Shown here: positions 7,623 to 16,353 of the stretch, one piece after another
Layout: every line of letters starts with the position of its first letter
How positions within the stretch are numbered: the first letter of the stretch is position 1
DNA from: a bacterium
GTDB lineage: Bacteria; RBG-13-61-14; DATKZS01
Assembly (NCBI GenBank): GCA_046484135.1
Contig: JAWOBU010000032.1
Location: 1 to 19,009, forward strand
DNA: 19,009 nucleotides
Direction: 5' to 3'
Translations under genes and position numbers: made by a program
The notes under the pieces: model-generated
Databases searched by the model: none
The model's input: the letters and a program-made list of their open reading frames with translations, nothing else
What the model was told of the DNA's origin: nothing

Positions 7623-7652
7623 TAAAGTCGCGACTAAAGTCGCTCGCACTAC
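7623..7652 (-). repeat. REP-like GTAG-led palindromic element
   Basis: The minus strand reads GTAG-TGCGA-GCGACT-TT-AGTCGC-GACTTTA. The plus strand has direct repeat TAAAGTCGC at 7623 and 7635 and palindrome AGTCGCGACT at 7626-7635. Confidence 0.5.
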
Positions 7653-7698
7653 GAACATATGTATTTAAGAAAAAACGGTTTAAAGAAAGGAGGCACGT

Positions 7699-9633
7699 AT
7701 GAGGCGGTTTGTTTTTTACTTGTTGGTTTTTTCCATGCTGCTGGGCTTGGCCCGCGCAGAGCCTGATCCGGCGTTCGCTCTGGACATCCGGGACGTGGAC
7801 GGCGTGCCCGTGCTTTTCGAACGGGACATGCCGTACTTTACGCGCTTAAGCGAAACCGATCACGAGGTGCTGGACCTTGCCGGCACCTGGAAGTTCAAGC
7901 GGGACCCGCACGACAGGGGCGGGAAACAAGGCTGGTACAAGCCGGAACACGATGACTCGGGCTGGTACGGCCATCCAGTGCCCGGCTCCTGGAACGCTCA
8001 GAAGAAGGAGTGGCTGTATTACCGCGGCGCGGGCTGGTACCGGCGGAGCTTCGAGGTTTCGGAGTCCATGTGTGAAGACGGCTGGCCGCGGCTTGTCATG
8101 GACGGGGTCGCTTACGAGGGGGACGTTTACATAAACGGCAAGCTCGCGGGCTCGCACCAGGGCGGGTTCTCGCGCTGGAGCCTGGACCTTTCCGATATGT
8201 TGCGCTGCGGGAAGACGAACCATATCGCGGTGCGGGTTGACAACCGGCAGGATTATAACACGCTTCCGCCGCTGGTGCGGGAGGGCGCGGCCCTGGGCTG
8301 GTGGTTCTACGGCGGCATCCACCGGGAGGCAAAGATTGAGAAGACCCCAGAGGTAAGCCTTTGCAAGCTGGCCGTCCGCACATCTCATACCGGACTCCTG
8401 GCGGGCGAAGGGGTGGTTTACAACCATTCTGGAAAAGGCTCTGCGGCCGCGCTCGAGCTCTCTCTTCACGACCTTAACGGGAACAGGATCGCGGACGTTA
8501 CATCAAGCGAGCTAAAACTAGCCGGTGATGATGTCGCCGCCTTCCGATTCGAGAAAAAAATAGACGGCGTAAAACCCTGGTCCGACGAAGAGCCGGGCAA
8601 CCGGTATCTTTTAAAAATCAAAGTAGACTCGGACAATTCAAGCGAAACCCAACACCAACAAATCGGCTTCAAGACCTTCGAGTTCAGAGGCCACCAAGCC
8701 TACTTGAACGGGGAGCCCATATATCTTCGCGGCATGAACCGGCACGAGGATTTCCCCGGCACCGGCGCGGTCCAGACCGACAAGTGGATTCAAAAGGACA
8801 CCCGGCTTTTAAAAGAGCTCAACGTAAACTTCATGCGGCCCGCCCATTACCCGCACGACCCGCGCTGGCTCGACGCCTGCGATAAAAGCGGAGTAATGAT
8901 AACCCACGAGATACCGCTCTACCAGGCGCCCCAGTCCGTAAAAAGCTATAAAGCGGTCCGGGGCGACAAGCTCTACAAGAACGCGGCCCGCCAGCTTATC
9001 GAAACCATCGAGCGCGATCGGAACCACCCCAGCGTGGTCATGTGGTCGGTGGGCAACGAAAATCAGACCTACATGCTCGGCATGAAGAGGCTCCTCGGAA
9101 GGCTCATGGACGCGGCCAGGAAGTTCGACCCGGAGCGGCCCGTAACCTTCGCCGTGTTCACCACGCCTCCCTTGAGCCCCCACATCGAGTTCTCCGCCGA
9201 GATAGCGGACGTGCTCTTTATAAACGAGTACTTCGGCTGGTACTATGATGAGCCGGAAGACATCGGGCCGTACCTGGACGAGGTCCACGCCAAATGGCCC
9301 GACAAGCCGGTGATCATCTCCGAGTTCGGAGGCGGCGCCATTCCCGGCCGGGCGCCCGGCCAGGAACAGCAGATCGGCAGCAAGATGCAGGGCTTTACCG
9401 AAGAGTATCAGCTCGAGCTTTACCAGACCCAGTTCGAGCACATCCTGAAGAAGGACTTTGTTACCGGCACCATGCCGTGGATACTGGCCGACTTTCGGGA
9501 CGACAAGAGAAAAGAGAACCCCGTAAAGGACTTCAACCTTAAAGGGCTTGTTACTCACGAGCGCAAAAAGAAGAAAGCCTTCGGGTTCCTCGCTGAGACC
9601 TATAAGAACATAAAACAGGAGTACGGGCGGTGA
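7699..9633 (+). CDS. uidA: Secreted GH2 glycoside hydrolase, probable beta-glucuronidase
   Basis: Signal peptide (MRRFVFYLLVFSMLLGLARA). GH2 motifs LDLAGTWKF, GAGWYRR, YGGIHR, GMNRHED, RPAHYP, NHPSVVMWSVGNE (acid/base), ISEFGG (nucleophile), EYFGWY, WILADF, and the glucuronidase NxKG motif (NLKG, 9535-9546). Confidence 0.85.
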   Translation: MRRFVFYLLVFSMLLGLARAEPDPAFALDIRDVDGVPVLFERDMPYFTRLSETDHEVLDLAGTWKFKRDPHDRGGKQGWYKPEHDDSGWYGHPVPGSWNAQKKEWLYYRGAGWYRRSFEVSESMCEDGWPRLVMDGVAYEGDVYINGKLAGSHQGGFSRWSLDLSDMLRCGKTNHIAVRVDNRQDYNTLPPLVREGAALGWWFYGGIHREAKIEKTPEVSLCKLAVRTSHTGLLAGEGVVYNHSGKGSAAALELSLHDLNGNRIADVTSSELKLAGDDVAAFRFEKKIDGVKPWSDEEPGNRYLLKIKVDSDNSSETQHQQIGFKTFEFRGHQAYLNGEPIYLRGMNRHEDFPGTGAVQTDKWIQKDTRLLKELNVNFMRPAHYPHDPRWLDACDKSGVMITHEIPLYQAPQSVKSYKAVRGDKLYKNAARQLIETIERDRNHPSVVMWSVGNENQTYMLGMKRLLGRLMDAARKFDPERPVTFAVFTTPPLSPHIEFSAEIADVLFINEYFGWYYDEPEDIGPYLDEVHAKWPDKPVIISEFGGGAIPGRAPGQEQQIGSKMQGFTEEYQLELYQTQFEHILKKDFVTGTMPWILADFRDDKRKENPVKDFNLKGLVTHERKKKKAFGFLAETYKNIKQEYGR

Positions 9634-9637
9634 TACC

Positions 9638-10558
9638 ATGATCCTGCCCCGGTCGGTACAGGTAGTAACCGGCGCTTTCAGCTACCTGGGCAGCTATATC
9701 GCCCGCCGGGTCATTGAGGGCGGCGTGCGGGTCCGCACCTTGACCGGTCACCCGGACCGGGAGAACCCGTACGGGGCCATGCTCGAGCCGATCAAGTACC
9801 ACTTTGACGAGCCGGAGCGGCTGGTCGAGGACCTCTCCGGCGCGAGCACTGTTTATAACACCTATTGGGTAAGGTTCGGCCGCGGAGGCAGCGGGTTTGA
9901 CCGGGCAGTGGCCAACAGCCGGAACCTGATCCACGCGGCAGCGGAGGCCGGGGTTTCGCGCTTCGTTCACATAAGCGTAACCAATCCTACTCCGGACTCT
10001 CCCTATCCTTACTTCCGGGGCAAGGCGGAAGTTGAGGAGGCCCTTAAAAGCTCGGGGCTTTCTTACGCCATCATCCGGCCCACCTTGCTCTTCGGCAGAG
10101 AGGACATCCTCGTAAACAACATCGCCTATCTTCTGCGCAAGCTGCCCGTGTTCGGCATCTTCGGACACGGCCGTTATCCGGTCCAGCCGGTTTACGTGGA
10201 CGACGTGGCCGAGCTCGCGGTAAGGCTGGGGGACAGCGACCGGAACACCATAGTGGACGCAGTGGGTCCCGAGACCTTCACCTACGAGGACATGGTGCGG
10301 CAGATCGGGAAGAGGATCGGAAAGAACACGCCTCTTATTCGCGTTCCTCCTGTGTGGGGAGTACTGGCAGGCAAGGTCATGGAGCCGTTTCTGAAGGACG
10401 TGATCATAACCCGCGACGAGATCAGAGCGCTCATGGAGGGGGTTCTGGTGTCGCAAGGTCCGGCGACCTGCCCGACCCGGTTTTCACGGTGGGTCTCGGA
10501 GAACGCCGATCGTCTGGGGACCGCTTACTCATCCGAGGTGGAGAGACATTTCAAGTAA
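9638..10558 (+). CDS. NAD(P)-binding Rossmann-fold protein, atypical SDR (NDUFA9-like/epimerase family)
   Basis: VVTGAFSYLG, AGVSRFVHIS, YFRGKAEVE (YxxxK), IIRPTLLFG and VQPVYVDDVA. Starts 4 bp after the GH2 stop. Confidence 0.85.
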   Translation: MILPRSVQVVTGAFSYLGSYIARRVIEGGVRVRTLTGHPDRENPYGAMLEPIKYHFDEPERLVEDLSGASTVYNTYWVRFGRGGSGFDRAVANSRNLIHAAAEAGVSRFVHISVTNPTPDSPYPYFRGKAEVEEALKSSGLSYAIIRPTLLFGREDILVNNIAYLLRKLPVFGIFGHGRYPVQPVYVDDVAELAVRLGDSDRNTIVDAVGPETFTYEDMVRQIGKRIGKNTPLIRVPPVWGVLAGKVMEPFLKDVIITRDEIRALMEGVLVSQGPATCPTRFSRWVSENADRLGTAYSSEVERHFK

Positions 10559-10574
10559 GGCCGCCTGTTTTGTT

Positions 10575-10604
10575 TTGTCCCCTCTGTTGTTGCTGTGCTA
10601 CAAT
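10575..10604 (+). promoter_or_regulatory. Predicted sigma70 promoter for the ferritin-like gene
   Basis: TTGTCC (10575-10580), 18-bp spacer including TG at 10596-10597, TACAAT (10599-10604). RBS AAGGAGG before ATG 10664. Confidence 0.55.
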
Positions 10605-10663
10605 CTTTTCTTTGAGTTGTCAGAACAGGAGTTTCAGACAAAATCCTTTGAAGGAGGAAGAAG

Positions 10664-10969
10664 ATGCTTTCAACCATTCCGTTCGATCTGTCCAAGATCA
10701 AGAAGAGCGACCTGGACCAGGAGATTCTCCGGACCGCCATCATTGCCGAGCTGGACGCCATCAACCTGTATGAGCAGCTTGCCTCCATGACCAGCAACCA
10801 GGACCTGAAGGTGATCCTGCTGGACGTGGCCAAGGAAGAGAAGACCCACGTGGGAGAGTTCCAGGACCTTTTGCTGAAGCGGGACAAGGAGCAGTTAAAG
10901 GAGCTCGAGGCGGGCAAGGAAGAGGTCGCGGAAGAGCTGGCCAAGGCCAGGAAGAAATCCAAGAAATAA
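10664..10969 (+). CDS. Small ferritin-like protein of the encapsulated-ferritin (EncFtn/Flp) type
   Basis: ILRTAIIAELDAINLYEQ...ILLDVAKEEKTHVGEF forms a two-helix half-ferritin with E...EExxH di-iron ligands. From memory it closely resembles the Flp domain fused to the Pyrococcus furiosus encapsulin. Confidence 0.88.
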   Translation: MLSTIPFDLSKIKKSDLDQEILRTAIIAELDAINLYEQLASMTSNQDLKVILLDVAKEEKTHVGEFQDLLLKRDKEQLKELEAGKEEVAEELAKARKKSKK

Positions 10970-10990
10970 CTCTCTGCCGAGCCGCAAACT

Positions 10991-13186
10991 TTATTTGATG
11001 TAGCCGAGCGACCGGAGCCTTTCCGTAGTCATGAGGTCATAGCGGGGCTCTTCGCTTTCCGGGTAGCGGGGAGGATGTGCGGCTGCATGCTCTGTGAGGA
11101 GCTTTTCATACTTTCGGCCGAGCTTGGGAAGCTCATTAATAAGGTTCTCTTCTTCATGCGGGTCCCGGTCGAGGCGGTACAGCTCGTGCGCGCCCTTCGA
11201 GTCCCGGATGTAATGATAGGGGAATTCTATGACGGAAAGCTGGTCCCGGTTAAAGCGGGACCGGTCATAGGCGGGGAAGTGCGACTCGACCCGGTCCATG
11301 AACCGATAGGGCCGGTTGCGGAAAGAGTAAAGCAGCTTGTCGTCTTCGTCTTCTTGCGGTAACGGCAGTGCTTTCTCGCCATCCAGCAGGGACAACAAAA
11401 GCCCGGGAAGCCGTTCCAGTGAGTAAGGCTTTTCAACCTCGATCCCTTTCGGCACCCTGCCCGGTCCAAAGATGAGAAGCGGCACGTGCAAAAGGCCGTG
11501 GTACACGGAGAACTCGTGTCCCCACAGGCCGTGATACCCGATGTTCTCGCCATGGTCCGACACTATAACCGCCACCGTGTTCTCGGAAAGACCCCGCTTC
11601 TCAAGCTCGCGGAAAAGCTCCTCGAGCCGCCGGTCCAAATAATAGATTGACCCGTCATACCAGGTCCGGAGCATCTTTTTTCCGGAAGGGGAAAGCTCCT
11701 TAAGTCCCGCGTCATACGCGAGCCAGTTGAAGTCCATCCTGTCGAGTTCTCCGGCAGATTCTCCCGGGTCCTTGAAAAACTTGTATGCCTGAGCTTCGGT
11801 GGGATAAGGAAGATGGGCCTCCATGAAGTTGATGAAAAGAAAAAATGGCCTCGGGTCCCGCGCCGCTTTTTTAAGCCAGTCTTCTGATACCCGCAGGGCC
11901 TGGCGGGCGCCGCTGTCCGCGGGTGAGGAAATTCCGGCGATCCCTTTTACGATCCTTGCGATAAGCTGTCCCGAGCTTCGCGGTTCTTCACGGGAGAGTG
12001 CGTCGGAGTGGAGAAGCACCTGGAAGCCCTGGTCCATGTTGGTGAATGATGATATCCAGGGGTTGGCCGAGAACCCCAAAGTTACGTATCCTTTGTTTTC
12101 GAGCTTCTCCGGCAGGGTTTCAAACCTCTCGTCCAGCCACAGGTTCCCGTGGACGCAGTTGTGCTCCGAGGGAAAGAGGCCGGTAAACATGGAGGCGTGG
12201 GAAGGAAGGGTCCACGGCGAAGGCGTATAAGCCCGGGTAAACACGGCGCCCTCTTCGGCAAGCGACTCAAGGAAAGGGACAGTGGAACGCTCGTGCCCGT
12301 AAAGCGAAAGCCGGTCGGCGCGTACGGTGTCCAGGACGATGAACACGAGGTTCGGGCCGCGGTTGCTCCTGCCGGAAAGTTCCGGGTACTTGGCCTCCGG
12401 CTGAAAAAAGGAAAGCCCGGAAAGAGCGGCCATTACAATAAGCGCCCAGGTGGCTATCAGGCCGGAAGACTCGAACGAACGGCGCCGGCCGGCATCGGCA
12501 AGCACCTTCTCCCCCGCTTTCCTGCACAGGTAATACCCGGCGACACAAAACACTATGGCGGCCGCGTAAACAAGATAGCGGGGAAAAGCGTGCATATGGG
12601 AGGCTGACTCCTGCAGGGAGGAGAGAACCGAGAGCGCTGCCACGATCCAGGCGGACTGCCAGAAGACATGGTTCAAAGGATGTTTCTGAGGAGAACGCAA
12701 AGAGTACAGAGCCACTTGCAAGACAATGTATATGGCGGCGCCGGACAAGAAGACCGTGTTCCGGACCAATGCGTTTTCAAAGACGCGCTCGGCGTGAAAG
12801 GCCCCGGTAAAGAGCACCAGCCCGGCCGCCATGAAAAGCACAGATGCATGGAGAGCTCTTAGGGGTTCCCTTTTCAATCTGTGTCCGACCGGCAGGCATA
12901 TAGCGGCGGCCATGATCCACAGCAGGGCTCCCAGGCAGACCGTGCCCCCGAGCGCTTCCCTGGCGGCCTCAGGATCGAGGAGCCGTGCGGCCTGGCCAAG
13001 CCTTTCCCACACGGTGTTTCCCCCGGCGGGGTCCAACAGATAGGCGGACCATGAAGCCGCGGTCTCGAATATCGCGATCCAGGCGGCAAAGGCCATTGCC
13101 AGGGCCGCGGTCCATAAGAGGGGAACCAGGAGCCCTCCGGGAGCAGGTCTTGCTTCCCGGTTTTTTATATCAACTTCGCCGGTCAT
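10991..13186 (-). CDS. Membrane-anchored sulfatase-like (alkaline phosphatase superfamily) hydrolase/transferase
   Basis: About 7 hydrophobic segments in aa 15-260, then PNLVFIVLDTVRADRL, SPWTLPSHASMFTG, FFLFINFMEAHLPY, IVSDHGE, HVPLLI and ELYRLDRDPHEEENL, ending ERLRSLGYI. Confidence 0.9.
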   Translation of the reverse strand: MTGEVDIKNREARPAPGGLLVPLLWTAALAMAFAAWIAIFETAASWSAYLLDPAGGNTVWERLGQAARLLDPEAAREALGGTVCLGALLWIMAAAICLPVGHRLKREPLRALHASVLFMAAGLVLFTGAFHAERVFENALVRNTVFLSGAAIYIVLQVALYSLRSPQKHPLNHVFWQSAWIVAALSVLSSLQESASHMHAFPRYLVYAAAIVFCVAGYYLCRKAGEKVLADAGRRRSFESSGLIATWALIVMAALSGLSFFQPEAKYPELSGRSNRGPNLVFIVLDTVRADRLSLYGHERSTVPFLESLAEEGAVFTRAYTPSPWTLPSHASMFTGLFPSEHNCVHGNLWLDERFETLPEKLENKGYVTLGFSANPWISSFTNMDQGFQVLLHSDALSREEPRSSGQLIARIVKGIAGISSPADSGARQALRVSEDWLKKAARDPRPFFLFINFMEAHLPYPTEAQAYKFFKDPGESAGELDRMDFNWLAYDAGLKELSPSGKKMLRTWYDGSIYYLDRRLEELFRELEKRGLSENTVAVIVSDHGENIGYHGLWGHEFSVYHGLLHVPLLIFGPGRVPKGIEVEKPYSLERLPGLLLSLLDGEKALPLPQEDEDDKLLYSFRNRPYRFMDRVESHFPAYDRSRFNRDQLSVIEFPYHYIRDSKGAHELYRLDRDPHEEENLINELPKLGRKYEKLLTEHAAAHPPRYPESEEPRYDLMTTERLRSLGYIK

Positions 13187-13195
13187 GGAGGGCCT

Positions 13196-14272
13196 TTAAA
13201 AGATAACGTCCTCTTCAACGAGCTGGGTCCCTTTCCAGAGCTTCAGCTTGACCCGGGGCCTTTTTTTGTCCGGGTAGTCTATAAAGGCATAGGTCATGCG
13301 ACGCTGCCTTCCCAGGTTCTGGATGTCCAGGTGGATGATGTCGTTCCAGGTGCCGGTGTTCACGTAGAGTTTTTCCTTTCCAAAGCGGCGGTAGGCCGCC
13401 TGGTGGTTATGAGCGAAGATCACGGAATGGTAGCCGGGCCGGGCCAGAATTTTCCTGGCCGAGTACTCGAGATTCGGCACCACTCTTAAGTAACGCAGGA
13501 TCTGCATGCTCCTTCTGCGCTCCACCGGATCGGTAAGGTTTTTGAACCGGAACCGGTCGCGTAGAAAATGCAGCGTCAGCCTGGTAATGGCCGGGAACCC
13601 GAACAAGGGGTCGAACACCAGTCCCAGCAAGAGATACCTCCGGAACGGCTGGACCCGGTCAATAAAGACCCTTTCCTTTTTGACCTGGTTCAAGAACTCG
13701 ATGACCCACAGACATCCCCACGGCAGGTTGAGAATGACCTCGCCGCTTTTGTTCTTCTTGAAAAGGTTGCCGGTGTCGAACCGGTTGGAGGGGTGGTACT
13801 GGTGCCCGTGCTCTATCCAAATTCCGTCAAAGGTATAATTGAAACCCGGGAAATAAATCTCCGTCTCCAGGAGGCGGTTCAGCTCGTTTCTTACTCCCGG
13901 CCACAGGACGCCGGGGTCGTGGTTTCCCGCGATGTAAGTGATCCTGTGATGCGGAGTGGCGGTGAACCTGCGAAGGGCGTCGAACACCTCGGGATGGCCG
14001 TCCACAATCTTTCTTACCTTGTTTATGGCGAGCTCTTCCGAAATTTCGGTGGGAAAGCTCTCCTGGAAATCCACCTGAAGGGTGTTCAGGAAATCCCCGT
14101 TTAAAATAAGCTCCACGTCGGTGTTCTTGTAAGGCCCGCTCGAGTAATAATCCAGAAAGGCTATCAAGCGGGGATCGAAGATAAAGTACTCAAGGGGATT
14201 AAGGGTGCCGTCCTCCGCCAGAAGGCCGGTCCCGATATGAAAGTCGCTTATAACCAGCTTGTAATGGTCCAT
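13196..14272 (-). CDS. Calcineurin-like metallophosphoesterase (LpxH-like superfamily)
   Basis: ISDFHIG, LNGDFL, AGNHD, IEHGHQ, FAHNH and YVNTGTW. ATG at 14272 follows GGAGG. Confidence 0.88.
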   Translation of the reverse strand: MDHYKLVISDFHIGTGLLAEDGTLNPLEYFIFDPRLIAFLDYYSSGPYKNTDVELILNGDFLNTLQVDFQESFPTEISEELAINKVRKIVDGHPEVFDALRRFTATPHHRITYIAGNHDPGVLWPGVRNELNRLLETEIYFPGFNYTFDGIWIEHGHQYHPSNRFDTGNLFKKNKSGEVILNLPWGCLWVIEFLNQVKKERVFIDRVQPFRRYLLLGLVFDPLFGFPAITRLTLHFLRDRFRFKNLTDPVERRRSMQILRYLRVVPNLEYSARKILARPGYHSVIFAHNHQAAYRRFGKEKLYVNTGTWNDIIHLDIQNLGRQRRMTYAFIDYPDKKRPRVKLKLWKGTQLVEEDVIF

Positions 14273-14288
14273 CAAGCCTCCGGAGCTG

Positions 14289-15587
14289 TTACGGCTTTCT
14301 GCCGGTCAACTCGTGGTAACATTCCAGCACCGACTCGTGCCCGATGTCGCCGCCCGCGCCGGGGGCCTTCAAGGAGTCTCCCACTAAAAACAGGTCCTCG
14401 ATGCCGGGAACGCGACAGCCGGGCCGCTTCTCCCGGTGCTGGTCCACATTGACCTCGACCCCGTCCACCATGGAAAGGTGCATGGCCCGCCGCCACTCCT
14501 GTCTGTCCTTGATCTCGGGAAAAAGCCGGAAGATGGCCTCCTCCAGCCGCTTCTCGAGCTCGCCCGCCTTCTCCGGGTCCTGCATGTCCTCGACCCGGGC
14601 CGGCAACAGCCAGGTGAGAAGCTGCTTGCCGGCAGGCGCCAGCTCCGGGCACAGGTTCGAGGTAAACACCCCGAAGCTCATGGGGTCCCAAAGATACCAC
14701 AGCCCGGCCGAGTCTGACACCGGCCTTTCAAGACCGTAGTCTATCACCACCCCCGCGGTGGGACGGAGCCTCTTGCAGAGCAGGGCATAGTCTTCAGGAA
14801 CCAGCGATTCGTCAAGTACGGTAAAGAGCTCCTGGCAGGGAAGGTTTATCACCACCCGGTCCGCATGAAGCTCCTCACCGGAGCCGAGCTCCACTCCGTA
14901 AGCCCTGCCCTCAGTTACCAGAACCTTTTTGACCTCGGTCCCCGTCCGGACCTCGCCGTTCTTGCCGATCACGTCAAAAAGCGTCTCGTAAATGTAACGC
15001 CAGCCGTGGCGTGGATACATGACCGACTTCTTCTTCCGGAGCACGCTTGCCATGTTAAGGAGCATCTCGCCGGCGCTGGCCTTTTCTATAAAGGGGCAGA
15101 CCTGCATGGACGCGGACACCAGGTGGAGGTACTTCCTGAGCCCTCCCTTGATATTATTCTGGTTCATCCATTCTTCCACGCTGGTCTCGAGAAGCGAGCC
15201 CGGCGGTCCGGACTTGATCTTCAAAAGAAGCGGGATGCTTTTCAGCCTCTCGGACACGCTCATGAGCCGGGTGGTAAGAAAACCCCCCGGCGAGGTGGGA
15301 AAGTCCACGACCTCACCGTCCGGGAATGCCACAAAGCTCTTGCCCAGGTCCGTGAACTCGAGCGGGCGGCCGATGTGCCGGAACACTTGCGCGGTAGCGC
15401 TCTCCGGCCCGAACCGGACCAGGTGCACCCCGTTGTCCATTGTAAAGCCGTCCTTCTTCCACAGGTACGCCCGGCCGCCCGAGCGCGACAGCTTCTCCAG
15501 CACCACCACTTCCTCCCCGTCCGAACAAAGTAATGCTGATAACTGAAGACCGCAGATACCGCCGCCTACTACTATGGTAGAAGCCAT
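14289..15587 (-). CDS. FAD-dependent oxidoreductase (phytoene desaturase/amine oxidase-like family)
   Basis: IVVGGGICGL (GxGxxG), VVVLEK...GGRA...DGFTMDNGVH, YPRHGW, and C-terminal LFLVGD. The start is placed at ATG 15587 (RBS GGAGGA). Confidence 0.88.
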   Translation of the reverse strand: MASTIVVGGGICGLQLSALLCSDGEEVVVLEKLSRSGGRAYLWKKDGFTMDNGVHLVRFGPESATAQVFRHIGRPLEFTDLGKSFVAFPDGEVVDFPTSPGGFLTTRLMSVSERLKSIPLLLKIKSGPPGSLLETSVEEWMNQNNIKGGLRKYLHLVSASMQVCPFIEKASAGEMLLNMASVLRKKKSVMYPRHGWRYIYETLFDVIGKNGEVRTGTEVKKVLVTEGRAYGVELGSGEELHADRVVINLPCQELFTVLDESLVPEDYALLCKRLRPTAGVVIDYGLERPVSDSAGLWYLWDPMSFGVFTSNLCPELAPAGKQLLTWLLPARVEDMQDPEKAGELEKRLEEAIFRLFPEIKDRQEWRRAMHLSMVDGVEVNVDQHREKRPGCRVPGIEDLFLVGDSLKAPGAGGDIGHESVLECYHELTGRKP

Positions 15588-15591
15588 GTCC

Positions 15592-16341
15592 CTATCCTCC
15601 CATGTACTTGTTGCCGCCAAACGTGGTGCAACACGCTTCCGAGCGGCCCATCGCCGCTTGTTTCGAAGCTCCGCCTGCCGGAACCAGCTCCTGGAAGTAA
15701 AACCTGCCCTCCCTTTTTACGACCTCTCCCTGCCGGAACCGGAGCGGGCGGGAAAACAGGGGGCCGTCGTAAACGAAACAGTGGAACTCTCCGTTCTCCC
15801 CGCAAGGGTCTACGCCGGCAGGCAGGCTGTCCAGGAAATGGCGGTCGTACTCTTTGCCCGCAAAGCTTCCATCCAGGGCATTTCCATCCACGCAGGTTAC
15901 TGCCGCCTGAAAGCCGAGCTCCCGGAAGCGCCCGGCCAACATGGCGGTGTCCCGGCCCCATAACGGGAACACCGCTTCCATACCCGCCCGCGACAGGTTG
16001 TCCTCCCGGTAGCGCCGCACGTCTTCGAGAAAGATGTCCGAGAAAGCGACCCTGGTTATGCCCGCGGCCAGAAGTTTTTGCATCTGTTCGGCCATAATCT
16101 CTTCGTAGACTTGATTGGTGCAGTTCGCCGGGATGGTAACTACCCAAAGGGAGACGCCCAAAGCGCCGGCCTGCTCTCGAAGCAGGTCCGCGCGGACCCC
16201 GTGCATGGAGATGCGGTCATAGTCCCGGGTTACAGTGGTAAAAAGATACTCCGGTCTTGCGCCCGCCCTTTGCATCTCGTAAAGTCCCAGGGCGCTGTCT
16301 TTGCCCCCGCTCCAGGAGTAGACGAACTTTTCCAAAACCAC
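15592..16341 (-). CDS. DUF71/MJ0570-family PP-loop ATP pyrophosphatase (diphthine-ammonia ligase-like)
   Basis: SWSGGKDS PP-loop, RISMHGVR, FSDIFLEDVRRYRE, FPLWG and DPCGENGEFHCFVYDGPLF. Confidence 0.9.
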   Translation of the reverse strand: MVLEKFVYSWSGGKDSALGLYEMQRAGARPEYLFTTVTRDYDRISMHGVRADLLREQAGALGVSLWVVTIPANCTNQVYEEIMAEQMQKLLAAGITRVAFSDIFLEDVRRYREDNLSRAGMEAVFPLWGRDTAMLAGRFRELGFQAAVTCVDGNALDGSFAGKEYDRHFLDSLPAGVDPCGENGEFHCFVYDGPLFSRPLRFRQGEVVKREGRFYFQELVPAGGASKQAAMGRSEACCTTFGGNKYMGG

Positions 16342-16353
16342 TCCAGTGTCCGG

